Notes under the pieces: model-generated
Seen by the model: only the letters and a program-made list of their open reading frames with translations
The model's database searches: none
What the model was told of the DNA's origin: nothing
NCBI RefSeq assembly: GCF_018350175.1
Contig: NC_058368.1
Span: forward strand, 14,076,001-14,140,000
Origin: Felis catus
Lineage: Eukaryota
DNA: 64,000 bases
Direction of reading: 5' to 3'
Part shown: in pieces, positions 1-12,685 of the stretch
Position numbering within the stretch: the stretch's first letter is position 1
How the letters are laid out: each line of letters starts with the position of its first letter
Translations under genes and position numbers: made by a program

Positions 1-929
1 AGCAGAGAAAACAAGACAACTGGTGAGGGGTTTTCTCTCCCATGGGAATGACAGGCAGCTGAAGAATTATGTTAGAAGCCTAAAGAAAAGACTAAAAAGC
101 AGCAAATTTTGAGAGATCATTTTTCTGTCAAAGATCTCTGCCTCTTACTTTCTCTCCTTTGCACCCCCCTCCCTCCTGAGAGGTGTTAACATTGGCTTCT
201 ATGTAAGTGACCACCAGAAGGCCAAGAAGTATCTGAAATGATGGGTTGAATCTTCCCTGTCCTTGAATTTGTGGGAGTGGAGGAATATTGGAATGCCACA
301 ATGCTGGCTCCAGGACTTAACAACAAGCTAGGTTTTATACTACAGATCAGTTATCTTAGGCGGTCCTCTACCTTACAGCACCTGCGGGGATCCCATCATG
401 TAAAACCCACAGCAGTGAGATCTGACCTCAACTGTGTAAAAAAGAAAAATAGCAACTCATTAAAGGCTAGTAGCCAGAGACAGGAGATAAGAGAGGGTCA
501 TCAAACTATGTACTCAATGAAATAGAACTAGTGGAGGGGGCTATGGTGGAATCTTTGAATTTTATTTTTAAGAGGAGCATTTAAGATTCAAGTAGGGAAC
601 CAAAAATGATATTCTGCCTCGTTAGCTCATGACTTGTTTTCCAGTCCATCCAAATTAGTGGATTCCCACTAAATTAGTAAGTTCCCAAAGCATGGGTCCA
701 AAAATAGAAAGAGAAAAGATAAAGAATATAGGAGACTAAACATGTGAATAAGAATTCTTATAGGAGAAAAATAGTGGGTAAAACGATACCCTGAAATACT
801 TTGTACTACTAGAAACTTAGAAATTTTGAATAAAATACAACAGAAATCCTTTCAGATGTATAGCTGAGCACACAAAGGTAGTTAAATTCTCATATGCCAA
901 AAATGAAAATCAAACATAATGGGAGAAAT

Positions 930-3070
930 AATTCTTAAGAAACAAGGTAATATTAAAACAAACCATGAAGCTTTAAAAAAATCACAGTAACTTCTAGAAA
1001 TTAAAAGGTAGTAATTAAAATTAGCTCCATGGACATGTTAAACAGATGAGATAAAACTTAAGAAAGAATTGGTGAGCTGAAAGATAGCAATGAAGAAATT
1101 ACCCAGAATGTAGCATCAAGAGACAAAGATGACAAATAAGAAAGGAGGTTAAGAGATGGAAAAAGAATGAAAGTTTTCATAGAATAAAATAGCCAGGAAT
1201 GAATTTAACCAAGGATATAAAAGATCTACAAACAAAACTAAACCTAAGCTAAACTAAAAGTAAAACTAAAACTGAAAACTAAAAATATGCTTGATTAGCA
1301 TATTCATTATTCTCAAACACACACAAAAATATAAAACTTGTCCGTGGAAGTCATAAAATTGTCCAAAATGTAAATAAATTGTCATAAAGATGACTTGTCA
1401 CCCACAATTCAATTAAGAAATCACTGATAAAAATCAAACTAATACAATGGAAATGTACATATTGTAAATAACTCATAACAAGAAATTACTGTACACATTA
1501 TAAAGTGTTTAGAATCAAAACTGAGAATTTTGTGTATTTACACTTCTGAGAGTTGGCCTAAGTAGTATTGGAGGCAACTGATAGTCATAAATATTTATAC
1601 TAAAAAAAGAAAGGTGATGGGGCACCTGGGTGGCTCAGTCAGTTGAGCGTCCGACTTCGGCTCAGGTCATGATCTCGCGGCTTGTGAGTTTGAGCCCCGC
1701 GTCAGGCTTTGTGCTGACAGCTCGGAGCCTGGAGCCTGCTTCGGATTCTGTGTCCCTCTCTAGCTCTGCCCCTCCCTCGCTCATGCTCTGTCTCTCTCTC
1801 AAGGATAAATAAAACATTTTTTAAAAATTAAAAATAAAGTGTTTTGCCTTTTCCCCCCTAGGTTTTTAATTTTATGCTGAATGTAAGGATAGTTTAACAT
1901 CAGAATATCCTTTAATATAATCTCCTTATTAACACATTGAAGAATAGCTACGTAATTACGCAAATGGATACAAACAATTTTGGTAAAATTCAGTATCCAT
2001 TCATCATCAAAATTCCTAGGAAAGCAGGAATAGAAAATGATTTCTTTAACCTGATAAGGCCTGTCTACTTGGAAGTAACCATCGTCCTGTTTAGTAGTAA
2101 AATATTAGAAGCATTCCCCTTCAATAGCTACAAGTTAATGTAAGCCTGTTTTCACCAGCCCTATTCAAGATCATATTAAACAGTATACTGACATTCATAG
2201 AACAGTCAGCAAATTGTTTTAAGTGTAGAATATATAATGGGCTGGGCTATAAAACATAAAACAAGTTTCAATAAATTTAAAAGAATTGAGATCAAACAAC
2301 ATGTTTTCTTTGACCACAACAAAATTAAGTAAGAAATCAACAGCAGAAAGAGCTTTGGTAAATTGCTTGATAGTAAGAACCCCTAGGTCAAAGAAATCTC
2401 ACAGCAAAATAGAAAATAGTTTGATTTGTATAAATCCACAACATACAACATACAACCAGAGCATATAACAACTAACTGAATTCTCATGCATTGCTGATGG
2501 GAATGTAAAATGCTCTAGCCATGTTCCAGAAGAGTTTTCTAATTTCTTAAAAAATGTAGCACTTACCACATACCCTGGCATTTCCATGCCTGCGTACCTA
2601 CTGGGGAGAAATGACGGCATATGTCCACAACTGGACTTGTACATGGATGTTTTTAATACCATTATCCAGAATAGTTCAAAACTGGAAATAATCCAAAATT
2701 CCATTAATTAGTGAATGGATAAACAAAGTATCATATGTCCATACAATGGAATACCAATGCACAATTAAAAGGAAACAAACTACTGATGCACACTATGACA
2801 TTAATGAGTCCTAAAAATCATTATGCTAAATGGAAGAGGCCTGATGGAGAAGAGCACGTGTTACATGTTTTCATTCATATGAAATCTCCAGAATGCAGTT
2901 AGTGATTATTATATTGGGCTAGTGATGGGAGTGGGGATTGACTACAAAGGCACAAGAGAATTTTTTGGGGTGATGAAAATGTTGGAACTGGAAGTTGATG
3001 ATAATTGCGTGACTCTATAAGGTTTTCAAATAATGACTAAATTATATACTTACATGAATTTTATGTTCAT
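930..3070 (+). mobile_element. Old fragmented L1 (L1M-type) pieces: ORF1, ORF2 and 3' end, interrupted by a SINE
   Basis: A-rich strand with L1 phrases (gaagaaattacccagaatgtagca; FGKIQYPFIIK in ORF 1937..2143; cattgctgatgggaatgtaaaatg; gtgaatggataaacaaa). Boundaries approximate. Confidence 0.7.
1619..1837 (+). mobile_element. Can-SINE (SINEC_Fc-like)
   Basis: GGGGCACCTGGGTGGCTCAGTC tRNA-derived head, (CT)n region, AATAAA and A-rich tail. Confidence 0.95.
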
Positions 3071-3101
3071 GTTGGTGAGAGAAGCTGCTGGTAAAATGCG
3101 T

Positions 3102-3194
3102 TTACACTTTGATGGTACAAGTTACACTTTGATGGTACAAGTTACATTTTGATGGTACAAGTTACACTTCGATGGTACAAGTACCACTTTGATG
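3102..3194. repeat. 20-bp tandem repeat (TTACACTTTGATGGTACAAG) x ~4.6
   Basis: Four near-identical units read directly, plus a partial fifth. Confidence 0.95.
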
Positions 3195-4761
3195 CTAAAT
3201 TGCAGGGAGTCTCATAAAATTAAATATAAAAGCTTTTAACACCCATCATTTCAGTTACAAGAATTTATTCTAAGTAAATAGTCATGGATATATGCCCAAA
3301 GATTTACCTAAAAGGGCAAAGTTTTGTTCATGGTAGAAAAAAAATGGGAAATAGCATCAATGTCAACAGTCATCAATGGATGTAATGTGCTGCATACTTA
3401 TTATATTTAATGACTGAAAATTCAAGACAGGATAACAGGAAAAAAAGTATAAATTACCTTATACAGAATTAGTTTCATCATATTGATATCATCTATATTT
3501 ATCACCATATTTGTATGCATAGTCATTAATCTAGAAGAACATAAACTGACACTTTATAATGATTTTCTCTGAGTTATGGAAATTATGGGTTTCTTTTACC
3601 TTTGTCTTGTTTCAACATACTGTCTGAGTTTGTTACAAGAAGTATTCTTTGACTATCCAAAAAAAAAAAAAGGCTTGCTTATTTTGTGAAGAAGAAAATT
3701 GGATTATATTTTCATTGGGATGTTAGTAAGCTAATAAATGTATAATTTGTATGACATTAAAAGGTTACTCTTTTTTTTAAAAAAGATTACATTCTTAATC
3801 CAAATGGACAGAAATCCTATAAAATTCAAAGGGTAAAGCAAATAGGCACTAAAGCCTGAAGTCTGTTTAGGTCTTAAAGTTAAGGTTCAAAATTTTAGTT
3901 TCTCTCGTCTATGCCCTATTGAAGTCTTCTTGAGCAGAATGCATTGAGTTGGGTCTTTCATTAGGGATTCTGTGGGAAACAAAGTCACGTGGGGATCATG
4001 GGGCGTATAGCTCACCCACACTCTTCCTGAGATAATGGATGGCATTTTTGGCTGTCTCTTCAGTGCTGTGCAGCAAAAATTATTGATAAACATTGTTTTA
4101 AAGCAAACTGCAGGAGGAAGCTGACCCATCTCTTCTCTGGTATATATGGAAGATTCTTCAATTCCCCCACAAAAGGCTAGAATATAGCTGCTCTATAGAA
4201 ATTTACATTATAGAAGATAATCAGAAGGGCATGAATTTCTTTAGTAGCTGAAATTATACTGGTGCAGGTAAGAGATTATTGTAAATTCCTAATTAGGCTA
4301 TTCCAGGTAGCCTAATTTGGATAACTTTTACCAGCTTCATGTATCAGAGAGATATATAAAGGAAAACACTTTGGCATTTGTTCTTTCTTGATTAGGGAGC
4401 AAATGAAAGTTTAAGTCGTCCTTGCCTTGGGTGTCGCCTGAATTGGAAAATACTTAAAGCCTTCCCCTCTATAATCCCATAATATCCATTAGTCCTGATT
4501 TTTAAAAATTTTTTAATGACCAGTTGACCTTTTTTCAGTCGTGTTTAAGTGTTTCACAAACACAGCCACAAGACAAACATGTGCCTAAGCTCTTGGGTTT
4601 CAGTTATTTTGCTGTTTCCCTCCCTGGACTGAGGAGAATTAGGTGGGGGGAAACAGCTGCCCTGTGTCTTTTGTTGTACAGTGTGGAGCTTGGAGGCTGA
4701 TGTTAGAAGAGAGGATTTCCAGGTGAGTGGTACCCAGATAAATGGTTCATTATTTGATTTC

Positions 4762-5178
4762 TGTATTAATTAAAGTAACAATGGCTGCTGCAGCAGACAG
4801 ACACAATTTTAGCTGCTTATCAAACTGGTAGTTTCTTATTCATTGAAAATCCAAATGGGTGTTCCACAGTAGGTGGCTTTCTTGCAAGCTGTGATTTAGA
4901 GACCTGGGCTGCTGCTTCCATCTTGTCCTCCCTGTCTTCGTCATGTGGCTCCTGTGTTTCTGCCTTGGAGACAGAGCATGGAAGACGTGCATGAGTGCTT
5001 TTCTGTGGGTCAGGCCTGAAAATGGTTCATGACTTTCCTGCTCACATTCCACTGGCTAAAACTCAGTTAAATGGTCACACCTGAGTGTAAAAGAGGCTGG
5101 AATTGGTAGTATACCTGTGCTCTCAGGAAGAAAGGAGTAAGAATTGGTGAATACCCAATTTATATCAGTGTTGCCAGA
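4762..5178. mobile_element. ERVL-MaLR solo LTR (MLT1J/K-like)
   Basis: Characteristic ctcacattccactggctaaaactcagt...atggtcacacct...ggctgg segment. Confidence 0.65.
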
Positions 5179-5419
5179 TCTGAATAGGGAACAATAGCAA
5201 ATCAAGGTAAGAAATGAAATGCCTTGGGTTGAGAGCCAAGAGGATCCAGATCTTGAATTCGAAGACAGTGACACAAGTGAGAGGCTCATAGCAATTCCTT
5301 GAGATAGAACTAAATGTAGGAAACCCTGAGTACAGCCTTCTATTCTATTTATGGATTTGGTGTGGGGAGGACAGTTAACTGAGCCAATAGTAAGTAATTA
5401 AGAAAGTTTTTTTTTGGTG

Positions 5420-5423
<4 letters not shown>

Positions 5424-5465
<42 letters not shown>
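5424..5465. repeat. (CT)n microsatellite
   Basis: About 21 perfect TC units. Confidence 0.95.
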
Positions 5466-5468
<3 letters not shown>

Positions 5469-5506
5469 TTTAAATCCAATGGCAGACCACAAATACAAGC
5501 AATAAT

Positions 5507-5675
5507 GAGCTAAGCATCCGTCTCTTGATTTCTACTCAGGTCTGCTCATGGTTCATGAGTTTGAGCCCTGCATCGAGCTCTGTGCTAACAGTGAAGAGCC
5601 TGCTCTGGATTCTCTTTCTCCCTGTCTCTGTCCCTCCCTCTCTCTCTTTCAAAATAAAGAAATAAATAAACAAAC
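5507..5675 (+). mobile_element. 5'-truncated, diverged Can-SINE
   Basis: ctcaggtc...catgagtttgagccctgcatc...ctctctttcaaaataaa. Confidence 0.85.
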
Positions 5676-6060
5676 ATGTATAGACTTTAAATTTAGACAG
5701 AAAGGATTTAAAAATTTTGTGGTCTCTGTATTAGTGGAAACTAATAGTTTTAAACTTAATAAAAATAACTCCTAAATAGTTCATTAAAAATTTGAAAATA
5801 ATAGCTGTCAACATTTATATAATATTTATAATTTGTATATTTCACATTTTATATGAGGAGTGTTTAAATAGTGTTTTTGGAACTTTAGAAGATAGCTGTG
5901 TTATAAATGTTATTTTACTGCAGATGGAAGTTAGTAAAAATAATTACTTGTATGATTTTGTATCTGCTTAATAGATTGTACTTTCTAAACCCAAAGTCAT
6001 GTGATTAGGTAATCAAATGTATTTCATAGTGTTTTGTTTTCTTTCCCCCTTTTTCTCCAG

Positions 6061-6169
6061 GAGAAAAGTGGAAATTATGCATACTCATAGTCTTTTCACT
6101 CTTCTTGGAGAAAGGCTGATGTTGCATACAAACACTGTGACTGTCACCACATACAACACACTTTATGAG
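6061..6169 (+). CDS. NBEA: NBEA coding exon (109 nt, phase 2->0): RKVEIMHTHSLFTLLGERLMLHTNTVTVTTYNTLYE
   Basis: Polypyrimidine tract plus CAG ending at 6060 and donor GAG|gtaaaa. Peptide recognised as neurobeachin and in frame with the next exon. Confidence 0.96.
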
Positions 6170-6810
6170 GTAAAAAAAAAATGTGATGACGATTTAAAAT
6201 GTATTTAGTGGAAACCTTCTATGTAATTGGGATCAGTAGTTGGTCAGTTAATCAAAAAGCCAGAAATCATTATTTTCAAAAATGAACACGTACTTACATT
6301 TTAAAATTTTATTTTAAAACATACCCATGTACATTTATTTGCCCATCTTTTTATGTCAGTCCAAGGTGTTTTCTTTTAGTATGGGTTGGCTGTTTGACTT
6401 TGTGCAGTATTTCTCATACAAACCACACCTATTATGTATTATATATTAGGTCTTTCCCTCTCTCCGCCTCTGCTAATTCTTTCTATCTCTGTCTCCTTTG
6501 AAACTACCATCATTAACCTAGAGTTGATAGTGAGGTAAATTATAGGTAAAAATTATTGTGAAAGCAGTATCTGGAAGGAGCAGTAGATTTTATCATCTCA
6601 ATTTACAAATCCTTTTTTCATCATTTCTACCATATAGCCATATAGCTTGAGCTCCGTATTTTCTATGAAATGCACACACTACCTCCCAAAGTAGCTGTTT
6701 TTATTTTTAAGGACCAGTAAAATATGAGTAATAATCCCTGTGTTAACCTTAAAACCTTAATTCTACTCTCCTACAACTGGTCTTTGGTGGCCCTAGTTCT
6801 TTTCTCTAGT

Positions 6811-7745
6811 ACAAGGATTAGCAAACTTACTAACACCTGTCTGTGTGGCTAGGCGCCAAGGCTAGTTTTTCTGTCTTTAAATGGTTGAAAGTAAGCAAAA
6901 GAAAAATAAAATATGACATATAAAAATGATATGAAATTAAATGTCAGTGTCCATAAATACTTTTGTTGGAACAACCCCTGTGCTCATTCCTGTACATGCT
7001 ACTGGTGGTTGCTTTTGCGTCACAGCAGCAGAGTTGAGTAGGTGCAACAGAGAATGTTTGTCACGTTCTCATCACACTTGGCATGCTGCTCTGTTGCACT
7101 ACAGATCACGGCATGTGGTGACTTGATAGTGTTTCACGTATCACAGGTATTTTAAGTCTAGCTTTTTGTTTAATACCAGTGCATAACCGTCATGCCAGAA
7201 TAAGAAAAGTGGACTTCAGGTCTCACACGTCTAAAATACAGTGGAGTGTGAATAATTTTGTTACAGATTTAGGTGGCAAAGCATCTTATCTGTTACACAA
7301 GGACACTACTATACATTGACACTAATAGATTAAACACTTGTAATAACATCCTTCACTCAGAAAAATAGTAGGCAGAAAATAAAAAATAGCATCATTGCAG
7401 ATTTCTCCACAAGAGTAAAAAAATGAAGTGAGAGACATTGAGGGCAAATGCTAAAATTCTTAATGGCACAGTATATCTCAATTCTAGTTTTGGGTGGCCC
7501 ACAAGTAGAGGATAGTTTTTACATTTTTAAATGACCAGAATAAAAGAAGAATATTTTGTGATGTATAATTTTATGAAATTCAAATTTCATAGTTGTAAAT
7601 AAAGTTTTATTGGAAGGTAGTCACGTTTATTCACTTAGTCTATGAGTGATTTCAAACCATAATGACAAGGTTGAGTTGTGAGAGACCATATGACCCACAA
7701 ATCCTAAAATAGTTTTCTACCTACCTTTCTGTAAAAATTTTGCTA
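6811..7745. mobile_element. Internally deleted hAT-Charlie DNA transposon (Cheshire/MER58 family) with a transposase N-terminal relic
   Basis: MER58-type ends (caaggattagcaaac... and ...ctgtaaaaattttgct). The frame from 7203 reads RKVDFRSHTSKIQWSVNNFVTDLGGKA, resembling the Charlie/SPIN transposase start. Confidence 0.7.
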
Positions 7746-8071
7746 CAAAGATAAAATTCTCTGCTGTAACAGAGAAATATCTCTCCACTCTTTTGTCGTT
7801 TTTATTAAAAAGTACATTTTAATCTGATATCAGAATTAATATGCATTCATTATAGAATTTTGGAAAATACAGAAAAACACCAAAAAAAATTTACTTCTGG
7901 TGTCTCCATCGGTACTGAATTATATATAAAGTTTTTTGTTAGCTCACATACACATACAGACACACATACAAAAAACTCATGAAATATCATCCTTCCCATA
8001 GCTTTGGGTTCTCGTTTTTGCACTTAACAACATACTGCAAATATTTTTATTATAAAATGTTCATCATAGTT

Positions 8072-8660
8072 GGGAGGGCAAAGTTTTCTGGTAAAGGGCC
8101 AGATGATAGATATTTATAGGCTTTGTGGTAGTCTTAGTTTGTCTAGACTGCTGTAACAGAATACCACAGACCAGGTGGCTTATAAACAACGGAAATTTGT
8201 ATCTCACGGTTTGGGAGGCTGGCAAGTCCAATATCCAGGCAGTGGCGGATTTGGTGTTTGGTGAGGACTCACTTCATGGTTTATAAACCATCTTTTCACT
8301 GTGTCCTCCCATGGCAGTAGTGTCAAGGGAGTTCTTAGATTTCTTTTATAAAGGGTCATAGTCTGACCTTCATGAGGGTTCCCAAGCCCTAAACACCTTC
8401 TAAAAGTCTCCACACCTCTTAATACCATGACACCGGGGATTGGTTTGCAAGATGAGAATTAGTGGGGAGACAAACATTCAGTCTCTAGCAGCAGGCTTTA
8501 TGGTGTCTGTGGGACTACTCAGCTCTGCAGTTGTGGCTCAGAAGCAGTTGTAGACACTTTGAGACAAATGGGTGCGCTGGCCAATAAAACAGTATTGTAT
8601 CTGTTTTATTTTATATCTGTTTACAAAAGCAGATGGTATCCTGGATAGTATTTTGGCCTC
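8072..8660. mobile_element. MER58A-like MITE split by an MLT1A-like LTR
   Basis: gtaaagggccagat...ggctttgtgg on the left resumes as tatggtgtctgtgggactactcagctctgc on the right. Confidence 0.7.
8130..8490. mobile_element. ERVL-MaLR solo LTR (MLT1A/MST-like)
   Basis: gtcttagtttgtctagactgctgtaacagaataccacagaccaggtggcttataaacaac ... caaacattcagtctctagca. Confidence 0.85.
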
Positions 8661-9281
8661 AGGTCTGTAACATTACTTTCAGCTGTTTTGTTTCATCTTT
8701 TTTTTCCGTTTTATCTTATCATCATTAAATTTAAGAGTAAATTAAAAAACTCCTTTGACTGCTCTGTTTCTTTCATTTTTAAGCCTAATATTACAACTTT
8801 GTGTTATTCATTCATCTAATTACATGATTTGTAAATGCTTATCGTCCAGAACACTGGGTATTACCGTAGTGTTTTTTTTTTTTAGTATTGCTCCAATATT
8901 TGACCTACAAAACTGAATAAGCATTAATAATAGAAAAGCCTACCGTATACAAATCATCTTGATTCTGATATTATATTTCCCTAATAATAGTAACTGTTTT
9001 GGAGGGTGTATTTCCTGTGACAGTCACTTTGGTGTAAGTACTTTTCGTACATTATCTCAGAGTCTTACAACAACCCTATGAAACTAGATTTTTTTTGTTG
9101 TTGTTGCCTTTTTAAACAAACAGAATCACAAGTTAAACAATTTTTTTTCTGTGTCTCACCATTAATAATAAATGGTCATAAGATAGGCAGATTCCATAAT
9201 GTATGTGCATAAGGTAAAAAATGTCAGAATCTGCCTTTGGTGGACAACATGAAAGTCCTCTGAATCAAAACTGTGCTACAA

Positions 9282-9488
9282 GGGGCGCCTGGGTGGCGCA
9301 GTCGGTTAAGCGTCCGACTTCAGCCAGGTCACGATCTCGCAGTCCGTGAGTTCGAGCCCCGCGTCGGGCTCTGGGCTGATGGCTCGGAGCCTGGAGCCTG
9401 TTTCCGATTCTGTGTCTCCCTCTCTCTCTGCTCCTCCCCCGTTCATGCTCTCTCTCTGTCCCCAAAAAATAAATAAACGTTGGAAAAA
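9282..9488 (+). mobile_element. Young felid SINEC_Fc with perfect 15-bp TSD
   Basis: CpG-rich intact body. TSD AAAACTGTGCTACAA at 9267-9281 and 9489-9503. Confidence 0.97.
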
Positions 9489-9779
9489 AAAACTGTGCTA
9501 CAATATCATATTAGAGCTCTTTCTATTTGTGTTTCTATCTTGGTTTTTTTAGACTAATCCTTCTCTGGTTGATGATGTCTATACATATTTTTTAAATCAT
9601 TTTTTGCCTACATGAATTTCTAACCCTCTGCTTGTTTTAACCAATTAGTGTCAAGAGTAGAATGTCTTTGTAGTTAGTGAAACCTTATATTAAAATAAGA
9701 ATGTAGCATAATAATATATTATGTTGAATTTGAAAAATCATTAGGTACTTAACCTTAAAGTAAGAACATATGTATTTCT

Positions 9780-11120
9780 ATTAGTTTTCTTGAAAAGTGG
9801 CTCAATAGCAAATGCAGCAGTATTTTTACCTACCATCTATACTCATATGCACTTAGTATCCAGATTTTAGTCTCTAATGATATTCTACACTAAAAAAGCC
9901 AAGTTGTTGCTGATTCCGTGTCTTAGGTGGAGAAAGTATGGATAAATTTAGATCTTCTGATACTGGATATTGGATGCTGCAGATAAAGGAACTAACTTAC
10001 AAGGTCTCTGACCAATTTGGCTGTAATATATGCTTTTAAAGTAGAATAATAATCATGGTTAATTGGAAAGATGGACTAAGTTAATTATACTCTAAAAAAG
10101 GAAAACTTAACATAAGTATACAAAAAGCCCAAAAAGAAAGATGGTTATGATATGAAATGGTTGCACGGCTGATCCCGTAAAAAAGTAGAAGGGGTCTTAG
10201 CATAAGCTTTAGTACCACTAACAAGCCATATTATGTTATTAGACTGCAGGATGGTGGATGACTAATTCTGGATTACCAAAGTTAAAAGACTGCACCGTTT
10301 TGGAAGGTAGCATCAGGTCACAGAAAATTAAAACTCATGTGACAGGTTTGAACTTAATTCTCATTAACACAGTAAGTGAAATTTAACTGTAACCGGAAAA
10401 CTCAGCCTCAAAACCTGCAGCTTGAGTTTGATTATCCTTGTGAGTAAGCATCGAACAGGGCCTACATCCCTGGCAAGAATGATTTGGTTGATAATCTTCA
10501 GTTTGAAAGCTCTTTTACCTTCATTTCCATTTTGGTTTGGGGAAATTAACTTCACCCCAAACAATGTATCAAAATCAATATCACTACAACTGTAGGAAAG
10601 TATAAAATGAAGCACAGAAATAATCAAGAACTTTGTGAAGCCTATGATCTTGGTAATGATATTTTAGCATATGAGGTTTTTTTTTTTAAAGTTTTTGGAA
10701 GGCCAGTTAAGATAAGGACTATGTCACTGTCATCTTTAAAATTCTAAATCTGGGGCACCTGGGTGGCTCAGTTGGTTAACTGTCAGACTTTGGCTCAGGT
10801 CATGATACAGTTCACGAGTTCGAGCCTCACTCACATCGGGCTCTCTGCTGTCAGCACAGAGCCCACTTCAGATCCTCTGTCCCCCTCTCTCTCTGCTCCC
10901 CCCCTGCTTGTGCTCACTTTCTCTCTCTCTCTCAAAAAATAAATAAATAAACTTAAAAAAACAAAGAAATCTCTCTTTTAAAAAAAATTCTAAGTCTGGT
11001 AATGCCTATAATAGAATAAATAACAAATATTAAAGGACAAAGTAACTAAGACCTTTTGGCAGGATATAGCAGATACCATTGTATAAAAGATGAAGATCTA
11101 TCTCAGTTATTCTGAAAATT
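9780..11120 (+). mobile_element. Probable old L1MC-type 3' end relic
   Basis: Resemblance only (ccagattttagtctctaat...atactgga; gaaatttaactgtaac). Boundaries uncertain. Confidence 0.4.
10751..10985 (+). mobile_element. Can-SINE with degenerate TSD
   Basis: GGGGCACCTGGGTGG head, flanked by AAAATTCTAAATCTGG / AAAATTCTAAGTCTGG. Confidence 0.95.
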
Positions 11121-11647
11121 TTTAAAAATTATTAAGGAAATATCCCTGTCTCTTAGTTTTCTGAGGTGAATTTATTCTTATAGGTCCTATGCTAAGAAGT
11201 AAGTTGGCTTTAGTGAACTACTCTTTGAAATAACTCCAAATTATTTTTATATGAATACTTTCTGAGAATTACATTATTTGCAAAATTTGTATCTTAAGTT
11301 GATTTGCTTTATTTTTGCTTTTTTATTCCATCTCTAAATTATGGATAATTATATTTTCTTAATACTTGTTAGGACTCTCAAACATACTTAAATATAATTT
11401 GTTAGATTTTAAAATATGTCTTGTAAGCACAAAACTAGATTGTTCTGTTTGATATAGATCTTAACACTATCTGATTATTTACTGTATTAAGTATTGGGAT
11501 ATTAATTTTACCTCATAGGTTTGGGTTTACTATTTCTCTTTAAATATTGTTCCTATAATTCAGTTAAATATTAATGTAGACAGAGGCAGCCAAGTGTGGG
11601 AACTTCTCATCTGAAGAGCTCAATGTCTTACAGAAATAATGAACTGA

Positions 11648-11760
11648 TTTTTTTTTAGTTTCAAGTTTTTATTTAAATTCCATTTAATTAACATACAGTG
11701 TAATACTAGTTTCAAGAGTAGAATTTAGTGATTCATGCACCCAGTACTCATCACAAGTTT
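11648..11760 (-). mobile_element. Short L1_Carn 3'-terminal fragment
   Basis: tttttatttaaattcca...ttaacatacagtgtaatactagtttca, the same motif as at 36600, 38425 and 41880. Confidence 0.8.
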
Positions 11761-12367
11761 TGTTTTGTTTTGTTTTATTTTGTTTAAATAAAAATGTGTA
11801 TATATGTATTTTGGTTAATTTATCTTTTTCTGTTAGGGTATAACAGTTTCTGAACACAAAATTTTTACAAGGTGGTAGCATGCTTAAAACTTATAAAAAT
11901 GAAACCCTTTTCTCAAAATTATAGACTCTCATAGGTGGACAGTATGTTAAATATCTTGTTCAAATATTCTTTTCACAGATAAAGAAACTAAGTGAAAAAA
12001 GTAATACAGCTTGTTCAAATTATAAAGATACGAAGATTCTCTGACCCCAGATACTTACAGTGGCAATTGGGTGTAACGGTGGGGTCAATAGTTTGCCATT
12101 TTAAGAAATAGCCTAGTACTACTTTTGTCTTAGAAATTGAGCCTACTATCTAAAATGATTTATACATGATGAAGCTGGGGAGTGAGTAGGTCAGAGAGGA
12201 AGCTTTAACAGCTCCTGCTTAAGCCTAAACTCTTTCTGTGGCCCATGAGTTGTGAGATAATTCCATTCATAAAATAGAATTTAAATGTATAATGCTAGGC
12301 TCAGATCTGTGTATCTAAATACATATTTATCAAGTTACTTCCATGCTTATAATTCATTATTGTTCCT

Positions 12368-12475
12368 CAGCCCTGTCCAAAATGATTAGCCATTAGTCAC
12401 AGGTGGCTATGGAATTCTTAAAATGTGGCTATGAATTGAGATGTGCTCTAAGGCTTAATACATATTGGATTTCAT
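12368..12475. mobile_element. MER3/MER33-like hAT MITE fragment
   Basis: cagccctgtccaa...agccattagtcacaggtggcta...aaatgtggct...gagatgtgct. Confidence 0.55.
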
Positions 12476-12685
12476 GTCCGTATCTGGCTCTGAACCCTTC
12501 CTACAATTTTGGTTTTGTAAGGGCTGGGGTTAGCTTCCTATGCGTATCTGTAATCAATACAAGTCAAACTCTCATGGCCCATCTTGAGTCAAGTCCTTTC
12601 ATTACAATGTTTATATCTATATTCATCTCTCCTTATTTATATCTCATTATTTACCTCCCTCTTTTAAAAACTCATACAGGTTCTT

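Noticed and set aside
3102..3194. CRISPR-like appearance of the 20-bp repeat
   Set aside because: The units are contiguous with no spacers, the context is mammalian, and there are no cas genes.
9265..9552. ORFs over SINEs (also at 1630, 33454-33797, 37495-37791, 54332) and tRNA-like A/B boxes
   Set aside because: These are translations of Can-SINE bodies. The heads are tRNA-derived but are not tRNA genes.
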